A DNA stretch of 64,000 nt from Candidatus Latescibacterota bacterium (GTDB taxonomy: Bacteria > Latescibacterota > UBA2968 > UBA8231): assembly GCA_965223905.1 (NCBI GenBank), contig CBDCXV010000010.1, positions 448,001 through 512,000 on the forward strand. Reading direction: 5' to 3'. This document shows, in pieces, positions 10,334 through 20,976 of this stretch. The translations under genes were made by a program, and so were the position numbers. The notes under the pieces were generated by a model. That model was not told the origin of the DNA. It did not search any database and saw nothing but the letters and a program-made list of their open reading frames with translations. Position 1 is the stretch's first letter. The number at the start of each line of letters is the position of its first letter.

Positions 10334-11425
10334 TCACTGCGGCAGGTAGGAGGCGTAGAACCGGTGCCAGTTCCCGTACATGACGTTGGCGACGTCCTCG
10401 CTGTCGTAGCCGCGGCGCTCGAGGATGGGGGCGAGCTTCTGGTAGTCGGCGATGCTGTCGATCTCGAACGGGGCCCCGTCGATCCCGCCCTGGCCGTCGG
10501 TGTCGCCCCCGATCCCGGCGTGCAGGGAGTTGCCGGCCAGCTGGCAGACGTGGTCGACGTGGTTGGCGATATGCTCCAGGGTCACCTCTTCGCGCGCGTA
10601 GTACTCCCGCCGCGGGAAATCCTGGGTGCGGGACCAGTCGAGATCCTGCTTCTCGCGCAGCATCCAGGTGTCCATCGAGGCCCCGACGACGCCGTCCCGC
10701 TCGATCACCGCCCCGATCTGCCCGTCGCTGAACTGGCGCTCTCCCGGGGCCAGGGCGCGGCAGTTCTGATGGCTCGCCAGGATCGGGCCGGAGTAGTGGT
10801 CGAGGGCTTCCCAGAAGCTGCGGTCGGCGATGTGAGTGGTGTCGAGCAGCATGCCGCAGGCCTCCATCTCCCGCAGCAGCTCCGGTCCGGGGGGCAGCAG
10901 CCCTCCCTCGGTCCCGGTGCCGGTGCCGTGGGCGTAGCGGCTGCGGCCGTAATGCGTCAGGCTGACCACGCGCACCCCGTCTTCCCACCACTCGCGCACC
11001 TGCCCGGGCGTCAGGATCGGGTCCGCCCCCTCGATCCCGAGCAGGCAGCCGACCGGCAGCCGGGAGTCCCCTTCCCCCTGCTCCCACTGCCCGGCGAGCG
11101 CGCGCAGTTGTCCGGCGGTGGTGACGACGACCGCTTCCCCGGTGCTCTCCAGGCCGCGGTAGAGGGCGAGCTGCCCCTTGGCCACGGCGTACGTCACCTC
11201 CTTGCCGCGATACCCCGGCAGGATGCTGTCCTTGCGCAATCGCCGCGCCGCGATCTTCATCAGCGCGCAGTACACCCCCCCTCTGCGCATCTCCGGGAGG
11301 CAGGCGAAGGGAATGTTGGACGGGTTGGCGTCCTCGGCGCGCACCTCGTCGAGCGGAAGCGTCAGGTCCCTGTTGAGATCGAGGGCACCGTGCGCCATCG
11401 GGTAGTCGCCGTCGAAAATCAGCAC
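10334..11425 (-). CDS. Membrane dipeptidase family (M19) amidohydrolase
   Basis: IEGADPI, SLTHYG, LDTTHIAD, ASHQNCRAL..ERQFSD, GIGGDTDG; GTG at 11425 with AAAGGAG RBS. Confidence 0.85.
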   Translation of the reverse strand: MLIFDGDYPMAHGALDLNRDLTLPLDEVRAEDANPSNIPFACLPEMRRGGVYCALMKIAARRLRKDSILPGYRGKEVTYAVAKGQLALYRGLESTGEAVVVTTAGQLRALAGQWEQGEGDSRLPVGCLLGIEGADPILTPGQVREWWEDGVRVVSLTHYGRSRYAHGTGTGTEGGLLPPGPELLREMEACGMLLDTTHIADRSFWEALDHYSGPILASHQNCRALAPGERQFSDGQIGAVIERDGVVGASMDTWMLREKQDLDWSRTQDFPRREYYAREEVTLEHIANHVDHVCQLAGNSLHAGIGGDTDGQGGIDGAPFEIDSIADYQKLAPILERRGYDSEDVANVMYGNWHRFYASYLPQ

Positions 11426-11974
11426 GGCTTGTCTCCTTTCGTTGTCGGCAGCTGTTTCTGGAAGATTTGGCGGTCCCGGGTTGCCAGGGCCGGTGGAACT
11501 CCGGGCTGACGGAGCGGTTTCGGCAACCGCCGCTGACCGCGGGGAAAGGTCGCTTTGCAGGGATGGCCGGGCAATCGTCGGCCCCTCTTTCCCGAAGCGA
11601 TCGCGCGACCGCTTGCACGGGACCCGCATCAGCATCAATTCAGTCCCGCGGGCGGGCATTTCGTTCAGCATCGCCCAAGGCAACGAGTGGGGACTGTACT
11701 GGTTGCCGGCGCCCATGCCGGCAGGCATCCGTGATCCGCATACGCCCCAGGCCAGACTCCCCGGTTGCCCCCGGCTTCACCGCATTGGATATGTTTGGGC
11801 CGCACGGGACGGAAGGGGCGCCGCAGGCACCCGGGCCCTGAGCTGCCGGAAGAACCCGCCGCTTCCCTGTCCCGCCGCCCCAGGAGCCGCTGAAACCTCC
11901 TGCACCCAGGCGCCCCTGCGAGCTCCCGCGGCAGAAGCAGAATTGCCAGCCACCACCCTTTACCCGATCTGCCC

Positions 11975-13453
11975 ATGAAAGCCGCCCTCGCCCAGTTCAT
12001 CTTCGAAAGCAACACCTTCGCCCCCGGCCTGGCGGAGATCGACCTCTTCAGGAAAGGGGGAGTCTTCCTCGAAGACGAAGCCCGGGTGCGCGCCTGGGCC
12101 GCGGGGACCGACTCGCAGATGCACGGCAGCCTGGAGGTGCTGGCCGCAGCCGGCTGGGAGACCGCCCCCTGTTTCGCCGCTCTCTGCGGCTCTCCCGCCG
12201 GCCGCCTGAGCGCCGCCTGCTTTCGCGAGATCGGCGGCACCCTGCTCGACCGGGTCGGCGCGGCGATGCCGTTCGACGTCCTCGTCCTCCACCTGCACGG
12301 GGCCGCGGCCGCCGAAGGGGAGGACGATCCCGAGGGGTACCTCCTCGAGAAGGTGCGCAGCGACCTCGGCTACCGCGGCCGGGTCGTGCTCTCCCTCGAC
12401 CTGCACGCCAACTTCACCCGCCGCATGCTGCGGCACGCCGACGCGGTCACCGCGTACCGCACCTTCCCGCACATGGACTTCACCGCCACCGGCGAGCGCG
12501 CCGCGCGCCTGGCTCTGCACCCCGGCCCTTTCACCCGCGCCGCGGCGAAGGTGGCGGCCCTGATGTCGCCGGCGGACAGCACCCATTTCGAGGGGCACCT
12601 GTGCGATCTGCTGACCCGCGCCCGGGAGCTGGAACGGCGGCACGGAGACGTCCTCGACGTCTGCATCCTGCCGGTGCAGCCCTGGATGGACATCGACGAA
12701 ATGGGCTCCTCGGTGGTCGTCACCGCTGCCGGAGGCGGCGTCCCGCTCGATGAGCTGCAGAACCTGGCCGGCGAGTGGTACGCCCAGCGGCACCACTGGA
12801 GAAACCGGCTCACCCCTTGGCCCGAGATTCTGGAGAACCTCCGGGGCAAGGGGCCGGAGCCCTGGGTGCTGGTCGACACTTCGGACGCGACCGCGGGAGG
12901 CTCCCCCGGTCACAGCGCCGAGGCGCTGCGGCGGCTGCTGCCCCTCCGGGAGGACCTGCCCGGCAAGGTGCTGCTCTGGGTGGTCGATCCGGGCACCGTC
13001 GCCGCGGCCCGCCGGGGAGAAACCCGCTTCGCCACCGGCGACCCCCCGGTCTCCTGGGAAGGGCGCGTGACCTGGACGGGAGAGGGGAACTACAAAGCGC
13101 GCGGCGGAGCCTACACGGGACAGGCCTTCTCGATGGGGGAAGCCGCGGTCGTCGAGTCGGGGCAGATCCAGCTCGTCGCCTGCTCGTACCCGGCGCTGAC
13201 CCCGGACCCGGCCTTCTACGAGTGCGCCGAGCTGCAGCCGGACGCCGCCCTCGCGGTCATGGCCAAGAGCATGACCGGCTGGATGGCCGCCTTCGGAGCC
13301 GGCTGGGAGCGCGGCCTGCTGTTCGACGGCCCCGGGGTCTGCACCCTGGACTTCGCCTCCATCCCGTTCACGGGGAGCGGCCGCGGACTCTGGCCGGTCG
13401 ATCCGGACCCGGCGAGCCCGGTAGCGATCTGGGAACCGGACGCGGCCGGCTGA
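11975..13453 (+). CDS. MlrC-like M81 family metallopeptidase
   Basis: FESNTF, LHLHGA, LDLHAN, YRTFPHMD, DTSDATAGGSPG. Confidence 0.85.
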   Translation: MKAALAQFIFESNTFAPGLAEIDLFRKGGVFLEDEARVRAWAAGTDSQMHGSLEVLAAAGWETAPCFAALCGSPAGRLSAACFREIGGTLLDRVGAAMPFDVLVLHLHGAAAAEGEDDPEGYLLEKVRSDLGYRGRVVLSLDLHANFTRRMLRHADAVTAYRTFPHMDFTATGERAARLALHPGPFTRAAAKVAALMSPADSTHFEGHLCDLLTRARELERRHGDVLDVCILPVQPWMDIDEMGSSVVVTAAGGGVPLDELQNLAGEWYAQRHHWRNRLTPWPEILENLRGKGPEPWVLVDTSDATAGGSPGHSAEALRRLLPLREDLPGKVLLWVVDPGTVAAARRGETRFATGDPPVSWEGRVTWTGEGNYKARGGAYTGQAFSMGEAAVVESGQIQLVACSYPALTPDPAFYECAELQPDAALAVMAKSMTGWMAAFGAGWERGLLFDGPGVCTLDFASIPFTGSGRGLWPVDPDPASPVAIWEPDAAG

Positions 13454-13473
13454 GCCGCGCCGCCGCAACGACC

Positions 13474-15078
13474 GTGACCCCGGACGACCCGCATGCGGCC
13501 GCCGCCGCCCGGCAGCGCCGCATCATCTTCCAGGACGACATCCTCGCCAACGCCGCCTTCCGCTGCGGCGAAGTCAGCATCTCCCGCCTCGACAGGCTGA
13601 TCGATTTCTACATGAGCCGCCTCGAGGCTCCCAACCAGATCGACAGCGTCTGGCACGAATGGGGCGAGGGCAACACCGCGGTCTGGCCGAGCGAGGTGCT
13701 GCCGCGCACGGAGAACGTCTTCCCCGGCTGGTGGGAGGCGGGCATCGACCCGGTCAAGGTGCTCCTCGACGAGACCCGGAAACGCCGGCGAGAGGTCGTC
13801 TTCTCCTACCGGATCAACGGCTCCGACAACGACGACCTCTTCGATCCCCCGCACCGCCTCGATGGTCCCACCCCCCTGAAGGCCCGGCACCCGGACCAGC
13901 TCATACACAAGTGGCACGTGTACTGGGACTTCCGCTGCGAAGGGGTGCGCGACTTCAAGCTCGCGGTCCTGCGCGAAGTCGCTTCGATGTACGACTACGA
14001 CGGCATCTCCATCGACTTCGCGAGGGTCCCGGTGCTGTTTCCCGAGGGGGAGCAGTGGAGACACCGGGACCTGTTGACCGGATTCATGCGCGAGGTCCGC
14101 TCCGCCCTGCACGAGATCGGCCGCCGCCGCGGGCGGCCGTACCTGCTGGCCGCCAGGATCCCCGAAGACATCCCGGGATGCCGCTTCGACGGCATCGACG
14201 TCGAGACCTGGATCGCCGAGGGGGTGGTCGACATCCTCGTGATCGGCACGCGCACCGCGGCCGCGGACGTGGCCGGCTTTCGCGCCCTGGCCCGCGGGAC
14301 CCCGGTCAGGCTGTACCCGAGCTGGGACGATCACCACTCCTCGGACGGCTACCGGCACCCGACAATCGAGGTCTGGCGCGGCGTCTGCGCCAACTGGTGG
14401 CGGCAGAACCCGGACGGCATGCACACCTTCAACCTGATGTTCCCCTCGCCGGAATCGGAGCGCGGCCTCGGGATCGAAACCGCGCCCGAACATCGCCGCG
14501 GCAGCCTTGGCGGAGGAGCGCTGCTGTCCGACTGGGAGACGCAGTGCCGGGTCTTCGCCGAGATCGGCAGCCCCGAAACCCTCGAGGGCGGCGACAAGAT
14601 CTTCCTCGTGGAGCGCCGGAGGGGCGGCCACGGCAGGGACTTCGTACCCGCGCCCGACGATTGGTACACACCGCGGCACAGCTATTTCCAGACCAACATG
14701 CGAGCGCAGCTGCCCGCGGAGCTGGGGGCCGGCGGCTCCCCGGATACGCTGCTTCTCCTCGACGTCGCCGACGATCTCGGCGCCGCGGCGGACTGCCTCG
14801 ACAGCCTGACGCTGAAGCTCGCCCTCACCGCCGACCCGGAGGAGGGGGCAAGCGGCCTGCAGGTCGAGGTGAGGATCAACAACCTCCTTCTCGATACTCC
14901 GGTCCGGGAAACGGGAAGCGCGAACCGGCTGAACGCCGGCTTCGACCACTGGCTGGTCTTTGCCGTGCCGCCGCGGTTCCTCGCGGTCGGGACGAACCTC
15001 CTCGGCGTCTGCCGTACCGACCGGACGGCCGCGGCGGTGCGGATCGAGAAGCTCGAGCTGCACGTCCGCTACGCCTGA
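13474..15078 (+). CDS. Glycoside hydrolase-like family 10 (GHL10/DUF187-type) TIM-barrel protein
   Basis: SYRING, WDF...VRDFKLAVLREVASMYDYDGISIDFAR, DVETWIAEGVVDIL, DGMHTFN. Confidence 0.6.
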   Translation: MTPDDPHAAAAARQRRIIFQDDILANAAFRCGEVSISRLDRLIDFYMSRLEAPNQIDSVWHEWGEGNTAVWPSEVLPRTENVFPGWWEAGIDPVKVLLDETRKRRREVVFSYRINGSDNDDLFDPPHRLDGPTPLKARHPDQLIHKWHVYWDFRCEGVRDFKLAVLREVASMYDYDGISIDFARVPVLFPEGEQWRHRDLLTGFMREVRSALHEIGRRRGRPYLLAARIPEDIPGCRFDGIDVETWIAEGVVDILVIGTRTAAADVAGFRALARGTPVRLYPSWDDHHSSDGYRHPTIEVWRGVCANWWRQNPDGMHTFNLMFPSPESERGLGIETAPEHRRGSLGGGALLSDWETQCRVFAEIGSPETLEGGDKIFLVERRRGGHGRDFVPAPDDWYTPRHSYFQTNMRAQLPAELGAGGSPDTLLLLDVADDLGAAADCLDSLTLKLALTADPEEGASGLQVEVRINNLLLDTPVRETGSANRLNAGFDHWLVFAVPPRFLAVGTNLLGVCRTDRTAAAVRIEKLELHVRYA

Positions 15079-15282
15079 CAGCCCGTTGATAATGTTGCTC
15101 TGCAGGCGAGGCCGAGTCATGGCGGTCGAAGGCAAGGCGCGCGACCGAGTCGAATCGCAGGGGGTTCGGGAAGGGAGCGCAACGACTGTCTGCGGAACGC
15201 TCTTTCGAGCGTTCCGCACCCGAGGGTTCGCGACCGCCAGGGCCGGCCGCAGCCCGGATGGACTTATTCAACGGGCTGCTGA

Positions 15283-16371
15283 ATGAGAATCACCGAGGTA
15301 ATCACCCACCGCCTCTCCTGCCCGGTCGAGCGGCCCTGCCGCGCCCGCCGCACCGACTGGATCCGCGAACGGACGGCGACAATCGTGGAGGTCAGGACCG
15401 ACGACGGGGTCACCGGCTGGGGAGAAGGGGATGGGGCGCTGGCGCGGGAATCGACTGAATCCCTGCTGATCGGGAAGAGCCCGTTCGACCGCGAGAAGAT
15501 CTGGGACAGCCTGACGGCCCGCGGGAAGGACATCCCCGCTGCCTGCGGAATCGAGATGGCCCTCTGGGACCTCGCCGGGAAGTCGGAAGGCAAACCGGTC
15601 TGCGAACTCCTCGGGGACGCCCGGCGAGACAGGGTGGCCGCGTACGCCAGCGGGTTCTTCCAGCCGCAGGGAGAGGACCACCTTGCCCACGCCGCCGCGG
15701 AAGCCCGCCGCTGCCGGGACCGGTTCGCCGCGGCCAAAGTCCGCATCGGCTTCGGCCCGGAGGAGGACGAGCGCATCGTCGCCGCCGTGAGGAACGAAAT
15801 CGGCAGCGAGGTGAGGCTCGCCGTCGACGCGACCCAGGGGTACGGCCTGCCGGGGACGATCGAAGGGGGTAACCGGCTTGCCCCCTACGACGTCATGTGG
15901 TTCGAGGAGCCGATCCCCGGCGAAGATCTCGACGGGTACCGCGAGCTCCGGCAGGCCCTGCCGATGCCGGTAGCTGGCGCGGAGGGGCGCAGCGGACTCG
16001 GCTCTTTCCGCGAGGTCGTCGAGAGCGGCGCCATGGATATCATCCAGCCCGGCATCAGCCGCGCCGGCGGGTTCACCGAGGGAATGCGGATCTGCGAGCT
16101 CGCCGCGGCGAACCGGGTCCACGTGATCCCGCACATGTTCGGATCGGTGGTCAGGCTGGCGGCGACCCTGCACTGGCTGGCCGCGGTCCCGGAGGACCCG
16201 CGCGGACAGCTTCCCCCCTATCTCGAGCTGGACGTGACCGAGAACGGACTCCGCACCGGCCTGTCGCGGACCCGGTTCGATGTCGAGGACGGAGCCGTCC
16301 GCATACCGGACCGTCCCGGGCTCGGGGTCGAGATCGACGCCGAGGCGCTGCGGAGATACAGCGTTACATGA
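15283..16371 (+). CDS. Mandelate racemase/muconate lactonizing enzyme family protein
   Basis: TDDGVTGWGE, IEMALWDLAGK, KVRIG, VDA, WFEEP, PGLGVEID. Confidence 0.9.
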   Translation: MRITEVITHRLSCPVERPCRARRTDWIRERTATIVEVRTDDGVTGWGEGDGALARESTESLLIGKSPFDREKIWDSLTARGKDIPAACGIEMALWDLAGKSEGKPVCELLGDARRDRVAAYASGFFQPQGEDHLAHAAAEARRCRDRFAAAKVRIGFGPEEDERIVAAVRNEIGSEVRLAVDATQGYGLPGTIEGGNRLAPYDVMWFEEPIPGEDLDGYRELRQALPMPVAGAEGRSGLGSFREVVESGAMDIIQPGISRAGGFTEGMRICELAAANRVHVIPHMFGSVVRLAATLHWLAAVPEDPRGQLPPYLELDVTENGLRTGLSRTRFDVEDGAVRIPDRPGLGVEIDAEALRRYSVT

Positions 16372-17669
16372 CTCCCGGCGAAGCCTCCAGGCCGGTCCCC
16401 CTGCGCGTCAACGACCGCTTCTTCTACGGCTGGCTGATGCTCGGGGCCGGAGCCCTCGGCCTCTTCGCCAGCGGCCCCGGCCAATCCCACGCCTTCAGCG
16501 TCTTCATCACCCCGATCGGCGAGGACCTCGGGGTTTCGCGCACCGCGGTCTCCGCCGCCTACGCCGCGGCGACCCTGGCGGCCGCCTGCGGCCTGCCGTG
16601 GGTGGGGCGTCTCGTCGACCGCTTCGGAGTCCGCGCCGTACTGCTTTCGGTGGGGGTCCTGTTCGGGGCCTGCGCCGCGGCCTTCGGGCAGGTCCCCGAC
16701 CTGTGGCTGCTGGCCCTCGGATTCGCCGCCCTGCGCTTCCTCGGGCAGGGGTCGCTGATGCTCTGCTCCTACAACCTGGTGGCGCAGTGGTTCAGCCGGA
16801 AACGCGGTTTCGCCATGGGCCTGGCGAGCCTCGGGTTTTCTCTCAGCCTGGCGGTGCATCCCCCCCTGGCCCAATGGCTGATCGACGAAGCCGGCTGGCG
16901 CCAGGCCTGGCTCTGGCTCGGGATCTCGACCTGGGTGCTGCTGGTGCCGTGCGCCCTCCTGGTGGTCAGGAACAGACCGGAGGATCTCGGTCTGACGCCG
17001 GACGGCGACCCCGGCGGCCGCGATACCGGGAATGCCGGCGAGTCGGAGGATACCGCGGCAGCCGGCTTCACCCTGGGGGAGGCGCTGCGGACCTCGACCT
17101 TCTGGATCTGCGCCGTTGCCGTCGCCACCATGTCGCTGCTGATCACGGCGGTCTTCTTCCACCAGGTCTCCATCCTCGAGTCGCGCGGGTTGAGCCCCGG
17201 CGTGGCCTCCCGCGTGTTCGCCGTATCCGCCCTGACCATGGTCGCCTTCATGCCGGTTTTCGGCCGCCTCCTCGATCGCCTGCGGACGCGGACGGTGTTC
17301 GCCGGCGGCCTGCTGCTGATGTCCTGCTCCCTGGCCGCTCTCACCGCGGTCTCCAGCGTCGCTTCAGCAGCTCTGTTCGGCATCGTGTTCGGCGCCGCCA
17401 ACGCCGGCAGCCACAACCTGCTCGCCTACATCTGGCCCCGCTTCTTCGGGCGCCGGCATCTCGGCAGCATCCAGGGGGCATCGCAGATGATCAGCGTTGT
17501 CGGGGCCTCCGTCGGACCGGTCCCGTTCGGGGTGGCCTGGGATCTTTACGGAAGCTATACCGGCGCCCTGTTCGCCTTCGCCCTGCTGCCGCTGCTGTGC
17601 GCAGTGGCGGTCTGGTTCATCCGGGAGCCCGGGGGGCCGCCCGTGCATGAGGGGGGAATGATTCGGTGA
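16368..17669 (+). CDS. MFS transporter
   Basis: About 12 hydrophobic segments; motif A GRLVDRFGVR and GRLLDRLRTR. Confidence 0.9.
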   Translation: MTPGEASRPVPLRVNDRFFYGWLMLGAGALGLFASGPGQSHAFSVFITPIGEDLGVSRTAVSAAYAAATLAAACGLPWVGRLVDRFGVRAVLLSVGVLFGACAAAFGQVPDLWLLALGFAALRFLGQGSLMLCSYNLVAQWFSRKRGFAMGLASLGFSLSLAVHPPLAQWLIDEAGWRQAWLWLGISTWVLLVPCALLVVRNRPEDLGLTPDGDPGGRDTGNAGESEDTAAAGFTLGEALRTSTFWICAVAVATMSLLITAVFFHQVSILESRGLSPGVASRVFAVSALTMVAFMPVFGRLLDRLRTRTVFAGGLLLMSCSLAALTAVSSVASAALFGIVFGAANAGSHNLLAYIWPRFFGRRHLGSIQGASQMISVVGASVGPVPFGVAWDLYGSYTGALFAFALLPLLCAVAVWFIREPGGPPVHEGGMIR

Positions 17670-17825
17670 GACTTCAGGCTTCCAACCTGCCCTGTCGTGG
17701 AACGGTCCCGTATCAAAGGCCCGCTGTCGAGCTCTGAACCAACTGTCGGCGACCGGCCAAGGGGGGCACGCCCAAGGCCCGCCGCAGGTCCGGGCTTATA
17801 TTTTGGCGGATCTGGAGACGCCAAG

Positions 17826-18272
17826 ATGAGTCGCCCCAAGCACACAACTGACACCGAAACGCCGGATAGCGCCTTGCGCGAGTTCTTCCACCGGGTGCGG
17901 CCGGTCGGAGTGGCCTCGGTCTATCTGTACGGAAGCGCAGCACGAGGACAGGCGCATGCCGATAGCGACGTCGACGTCGCGGTGCTGTTGGACCGCGCCT
18001 GCTTCCCCTCCCGCGAACAACGAGCCGAGGAACGGGTCCGCCTCACCGCCGAACTGATCCACGTCCTGGGGAACAACGAAGTCGACCTCGTCCTGCTCAA
18101 CGACGTGCCTCCCGGCCTCGGACGCCATGCAATTACGGAGGGGGTCCGGGTTTACGTTGCCGACCCCGAGGCGGATCACGCCTTCTGCCGGGACGTCCAG
18201 CTGCGCGCCGCGGATCTCGACCCGTTCCTGCGCCGAATGCGGCTGATAAAGCTCAGGGCTCTCTCCTCGTGA
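17826..18272 (+). CDS. mntA: MntA-like minimal nucleotidyltransferase antitoxin (type VII TA)
   Basis: LYGSAARG...SDVDVAV (GSx10DxD), VDLVLLND. Confidence 0.85.
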   Translation: MSRPKHTTDTETPDSALREFFHRVRPVGVASVYLYGSAARGQAHADSDVDVAVLLDRACFPSREQRAEERVRLTAELIHVLGNNEVDLVLLNDVPPGLGRHAITEGVRVYVADPEADHAFCRDVQLRAADLDPFLRRMRLIKLRALSS

Positions 18273-18685
18273 CCTACCTGGTCGAACGGCTGGCCGAGCT
18301 GCGCAAACACCTCGACCACCTGAGAATGCTGGAACCGAAGGTCGAGGGACCCCAATCCCTTCGGGACGACCTGAGCCTTCACAACGACGTCCTCTTCTCC
18401 TTGTTGACCGCTGCTCAGCTCGTCATCGACATCTCGGGGGAACTTGGCGCGCGTCGCGGGCTGCGCTTCGAGGATTACACCGAGGCCGTGAGGAACCTGT
18501 CGGCCTGCGAGGAGTTCCCGCAGGAGCTCGTCGATCGCCTCGCCCGCCTCCCGGGCTTCCGCAACATCCTCATTCACGAGTACGTCTCTCTCGACTACGA
18601 GCAAGTTGTCGGGGCGATCCGGGATCTCGAGCCCATCGCCGAGTTTGCCCGTCTTGCAGCCTCCCTCGAACAGAAAGAGCAATAG
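18269..18685 (+). CDS. hepT: HepT/DUF86 HEPN ribonuclease toxin
   Basis: RxxxxH motif GFRNILIHEY; overlaps the mntA stop. Confidence 0.85.
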   Translation: MTYLVERLAELRKHLDHLRMLEPKVEGPQSLRDDLSLHNDVLFSLLTAAQLVIDISGELGARRGLRFEDYTEAVRNLSACEEFPQELVDRLARLPGFRNILIHEYVSLDYEQVVGAIRDLEPIAEFARLAASLEQKEQ

Positions 18686-18811
18686 CCGGATTGACTGGCC
18701 GCTCCCGCCTGACCGGCCCCGGTCAGACCGTTGCGATATCAGGATACCCAGCCGAGGATGGCCGAAAAACAATTGGCATTCGGTTAAACAGCAGATCGCA
18801 GAGGACTCGCA

Positions 18812-19993
18812 ATGAAGATCACCGGCATCAGGACCTACAAGTTCACCCACCTCGGCGAAGGCCAGACCATCACCGGCGACCAGGGCGAGCTGCTACCCGC
18901 CACCCCCGCAAAGGACTGGCTCTTCCTCAAGATCGAGACCGACGCCGGAATCTCCGGCTGGGGGGAAGGCTCCGGCGAATGGCTCACTTCCCCGGTCGAG
19001 GCGATGCTGCGCGACTGGGAACCCCTGCTGGCCGGCCGGGACCCCCTCGGGATCGCGGCGATCACCGAGGACATACAGAGCCGCAGTCCCTGGAAAGGAG
19101 GGGCCGTCCTCGGCACCGCCGTCGCCGCGGTCGACATCGCCCTCCACGACCTCGCCGGCAAGGCCTGGGGTGTCCCCGTCCACACCCTTCTCGGAGGGGC
19201 CCGCCGCGACCGCATCCGCGTGTACAGCGGCGGCGACTTCAGCACCCCGAAAGCCGCCGCGGCATCGGCGCTGAAAGTGCAGGCCGCCGGGTACGCCGGG
19301 GTCAAAGGGAACCCGCTGGAAGATCGCCTCTGGCCGATGGACGAGCAGGCCCTGGGCAACAGCGCTGCGGTGGTCGCCGCCATGCGCGAGGCGGCAGATC
19401 CCGGGTTCGACATCATGCTCGACACCCACGGCAGCCCGCACCCGGAGCTGTCGATCGAGTACGCCCGCCGCGTCGCCCCGTACCGCCCGCTCTTTCTCGA
19501 GGAACCCTGCAAGATCGGCTCGCTCGAGGCCCTACTCGACGTCTCCCGCAACAGTCCGGTGCCGATCGCCACGGGTGAGAAGATCTTCGACCTGCCCGGG
19601 TTCGAGCCGCTCATCCGCGCGCGGGCCGTCTCCTTCCTGCAGCCCGACATCGGGCACAGCTTCGGCCTGACAAGCTACATGGAGATCGCCCGCCGGGCGG
19701 CCCAGCAGCAGATCCTCATGGCCCCCCACCTCGGGGTCGGGGGACTGCTGTACGTCGCCTCCCTGCACGCCGACGCGGCTACGGCAAACTTCCTGATCCA
19801 GGAATCCCACCAGCTGCAGCATTTCGGCAGGTACATGGAGCACGACCTGCGCATCGAAGGGGGGTACGTCAACACTCCGGGGGGACCGGGCCTCGGGGTC
19901 GAGGTGAAAGAAGCGGATATCGCAAAGCTGCCTCACGTGCCCATGGAGTACCGCCAGTACCGGCACGAAGACGGGAGCTGGAAAGGCTGGTAG
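18812..19993 (+). CDS. Galactonate dehydratase-like enolase-superfamily enzyme
   Basis: KIETDAGISGWGE, VDIALHDLAGKAWGVPV, DTHG, FLEEP, ATGE, tail YRHEDGSWKGW. Confidence 0.85.
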   Translation: MKITGIRTYKFTHLGEGQTITGDQGELLPATPAKDWLFLKIETDAGISGWGEGSGEWLTSPVEAMLRDWEPLLAGRDPLGIAAITEDIQSRSPWKGGAVLGTAVAAVDIALHDLAGKAWGVPVHTLLGGARRDRIRVYSGGDFSTPKAAAASALKVQAAGYAGVKGNPLEDRLWPMDEQALGNSAAVVAAMREAADPGFDIMLDTHGSPHPELSIEYARRVAPYRPLFLEEPCKIGSLEALLDVSRNSPVPIATGEKIFDLPGFEPLIRARAVSFLQPDIGHSFGLTSYMEIARRAAQQQILMAPHLGVGGLLYVASLHADAATANFLIQESHQLQHFGRYMEHDLRIEGGYVNTPGGPGLGVEVKEADIAKLPHVPMEYRQYRHEDGSWKGW

Positions 19994-20057
19994 CAGTGAT
20001 TGGGATGCCCAAGAGCTGTTCTGTGTTCTGGTCCGGCTGCGCTAAAGAAAGAATCTT

Positions 20058-20858
20058 ATGAACCGATTTCTGATCCTTCTGATTCTTGCGGGCATGGCTC
20101 AAGCGCACAGCGGGAATCGGCTGTACCCCTTCTACGAGCTTACGGACGAGATGCTGGAGAAGATCGATATACACGATGGATTTATCGACGAGTGGTATGA
20201 GATCGGCGAACCCAACAAGAACACGCATGATGAGTCTGGAGAGGGTATTTTAAGTGTGATACACCTTAACTACAGCATTGTCCTCTACCTCGATGCGGAT
20301 CACAGCGGCGGCAGAGGATTCGTCGATGGATACGGTGTACTTGAGGATAGGGTGCAGATTTATGGACGAACGCAGAAATATGATGCCATTCCTCAAACAG
20401 TAAGCGGCCCAACCTTTTCCAACGGACACAGCTATCTCCAACCCTGGCATACTTTCCCACCCTACGGAGATGCGGGTGGAGGTGTAGCTGGAGGAAACCC
20501 CGTTGTCTGGATTGTCGAGATGTATGTCACGCCACAGGACGGATGGGGCGACAGCATGGACGAGACCCCTTTCAGCGAGCTGTCCGCCCATCAGATCGTG
20601 GGTTTCGCTCCTGTAATCTACGACTGCGATCCCTCTGTTCGGAGTGCAGCCATACCTTGGAATCCGGAAGCCATAGACGATGAGGATGCCTTTTTGAGGC
20701 TTTACCAAACTATGGCGGACATCTTCCTCGATGGGCTACTGGTTCCCGCTCAGGATACCACAGTCGAATCCGATACATGGGGACGGATCAAGCGACTTTG
20801 GAATAGGCCCTCTTTTTCCTCCTGCTCTTGCTCGCTCAAGCGGATGCGCCCGATCTGA
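20058..20858 (+). CDS. Secreted hypothetical protein with TVESDTWGRIK C-terminal motif; possibly damaged
   Basis: Signal peptide MNRFLILLILAGMAQAH; lower GC than neighbours; similar to the remnant at about 24.2-24.5 kb. Confidence 0.55.
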   Translation: MNRFLILLILAGMAQAHSGNRLYPFYELTDEMLEKIDIHDGFIDEWYEIGEPNKNTHDESGEGILSVIHLNYSIVLYLDADHSGGRGFVDGYGVLEDRVQIYGRTQKYDAIPQTVSGPTFSNGHSYLQPWHTFPPYGDAGGGVAGGNPVVWIVEMYVTPQDGWGDSMDETPFSELSAHQIVGFAPVIYDCDPSVRSAAIPWNPEAIDDEDAFLRLYQTMADIFLDGLLVPAQDTTVESDTWGRIKRLWNRPSFSSCSCSLKRMRPI

Positions 20859-20976
20859 ACGGGAGCGCATACTGCACACAGAACGGTCAGGCTCGACGGC
20901 TCTCTGATTTTGGAGCCTAACCCGATCTGGTCGCCTGAATCGGCCGCTGTTCTCCCAGCGTCAGTGACTTCCCGAT

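Noticed and set aside
11426-11728. N-terminal extension of the dipeptidase ORF
   Set aside because: Strong RBS and GTG at 11425; upstream translation lacks family features and may be a gene remnant
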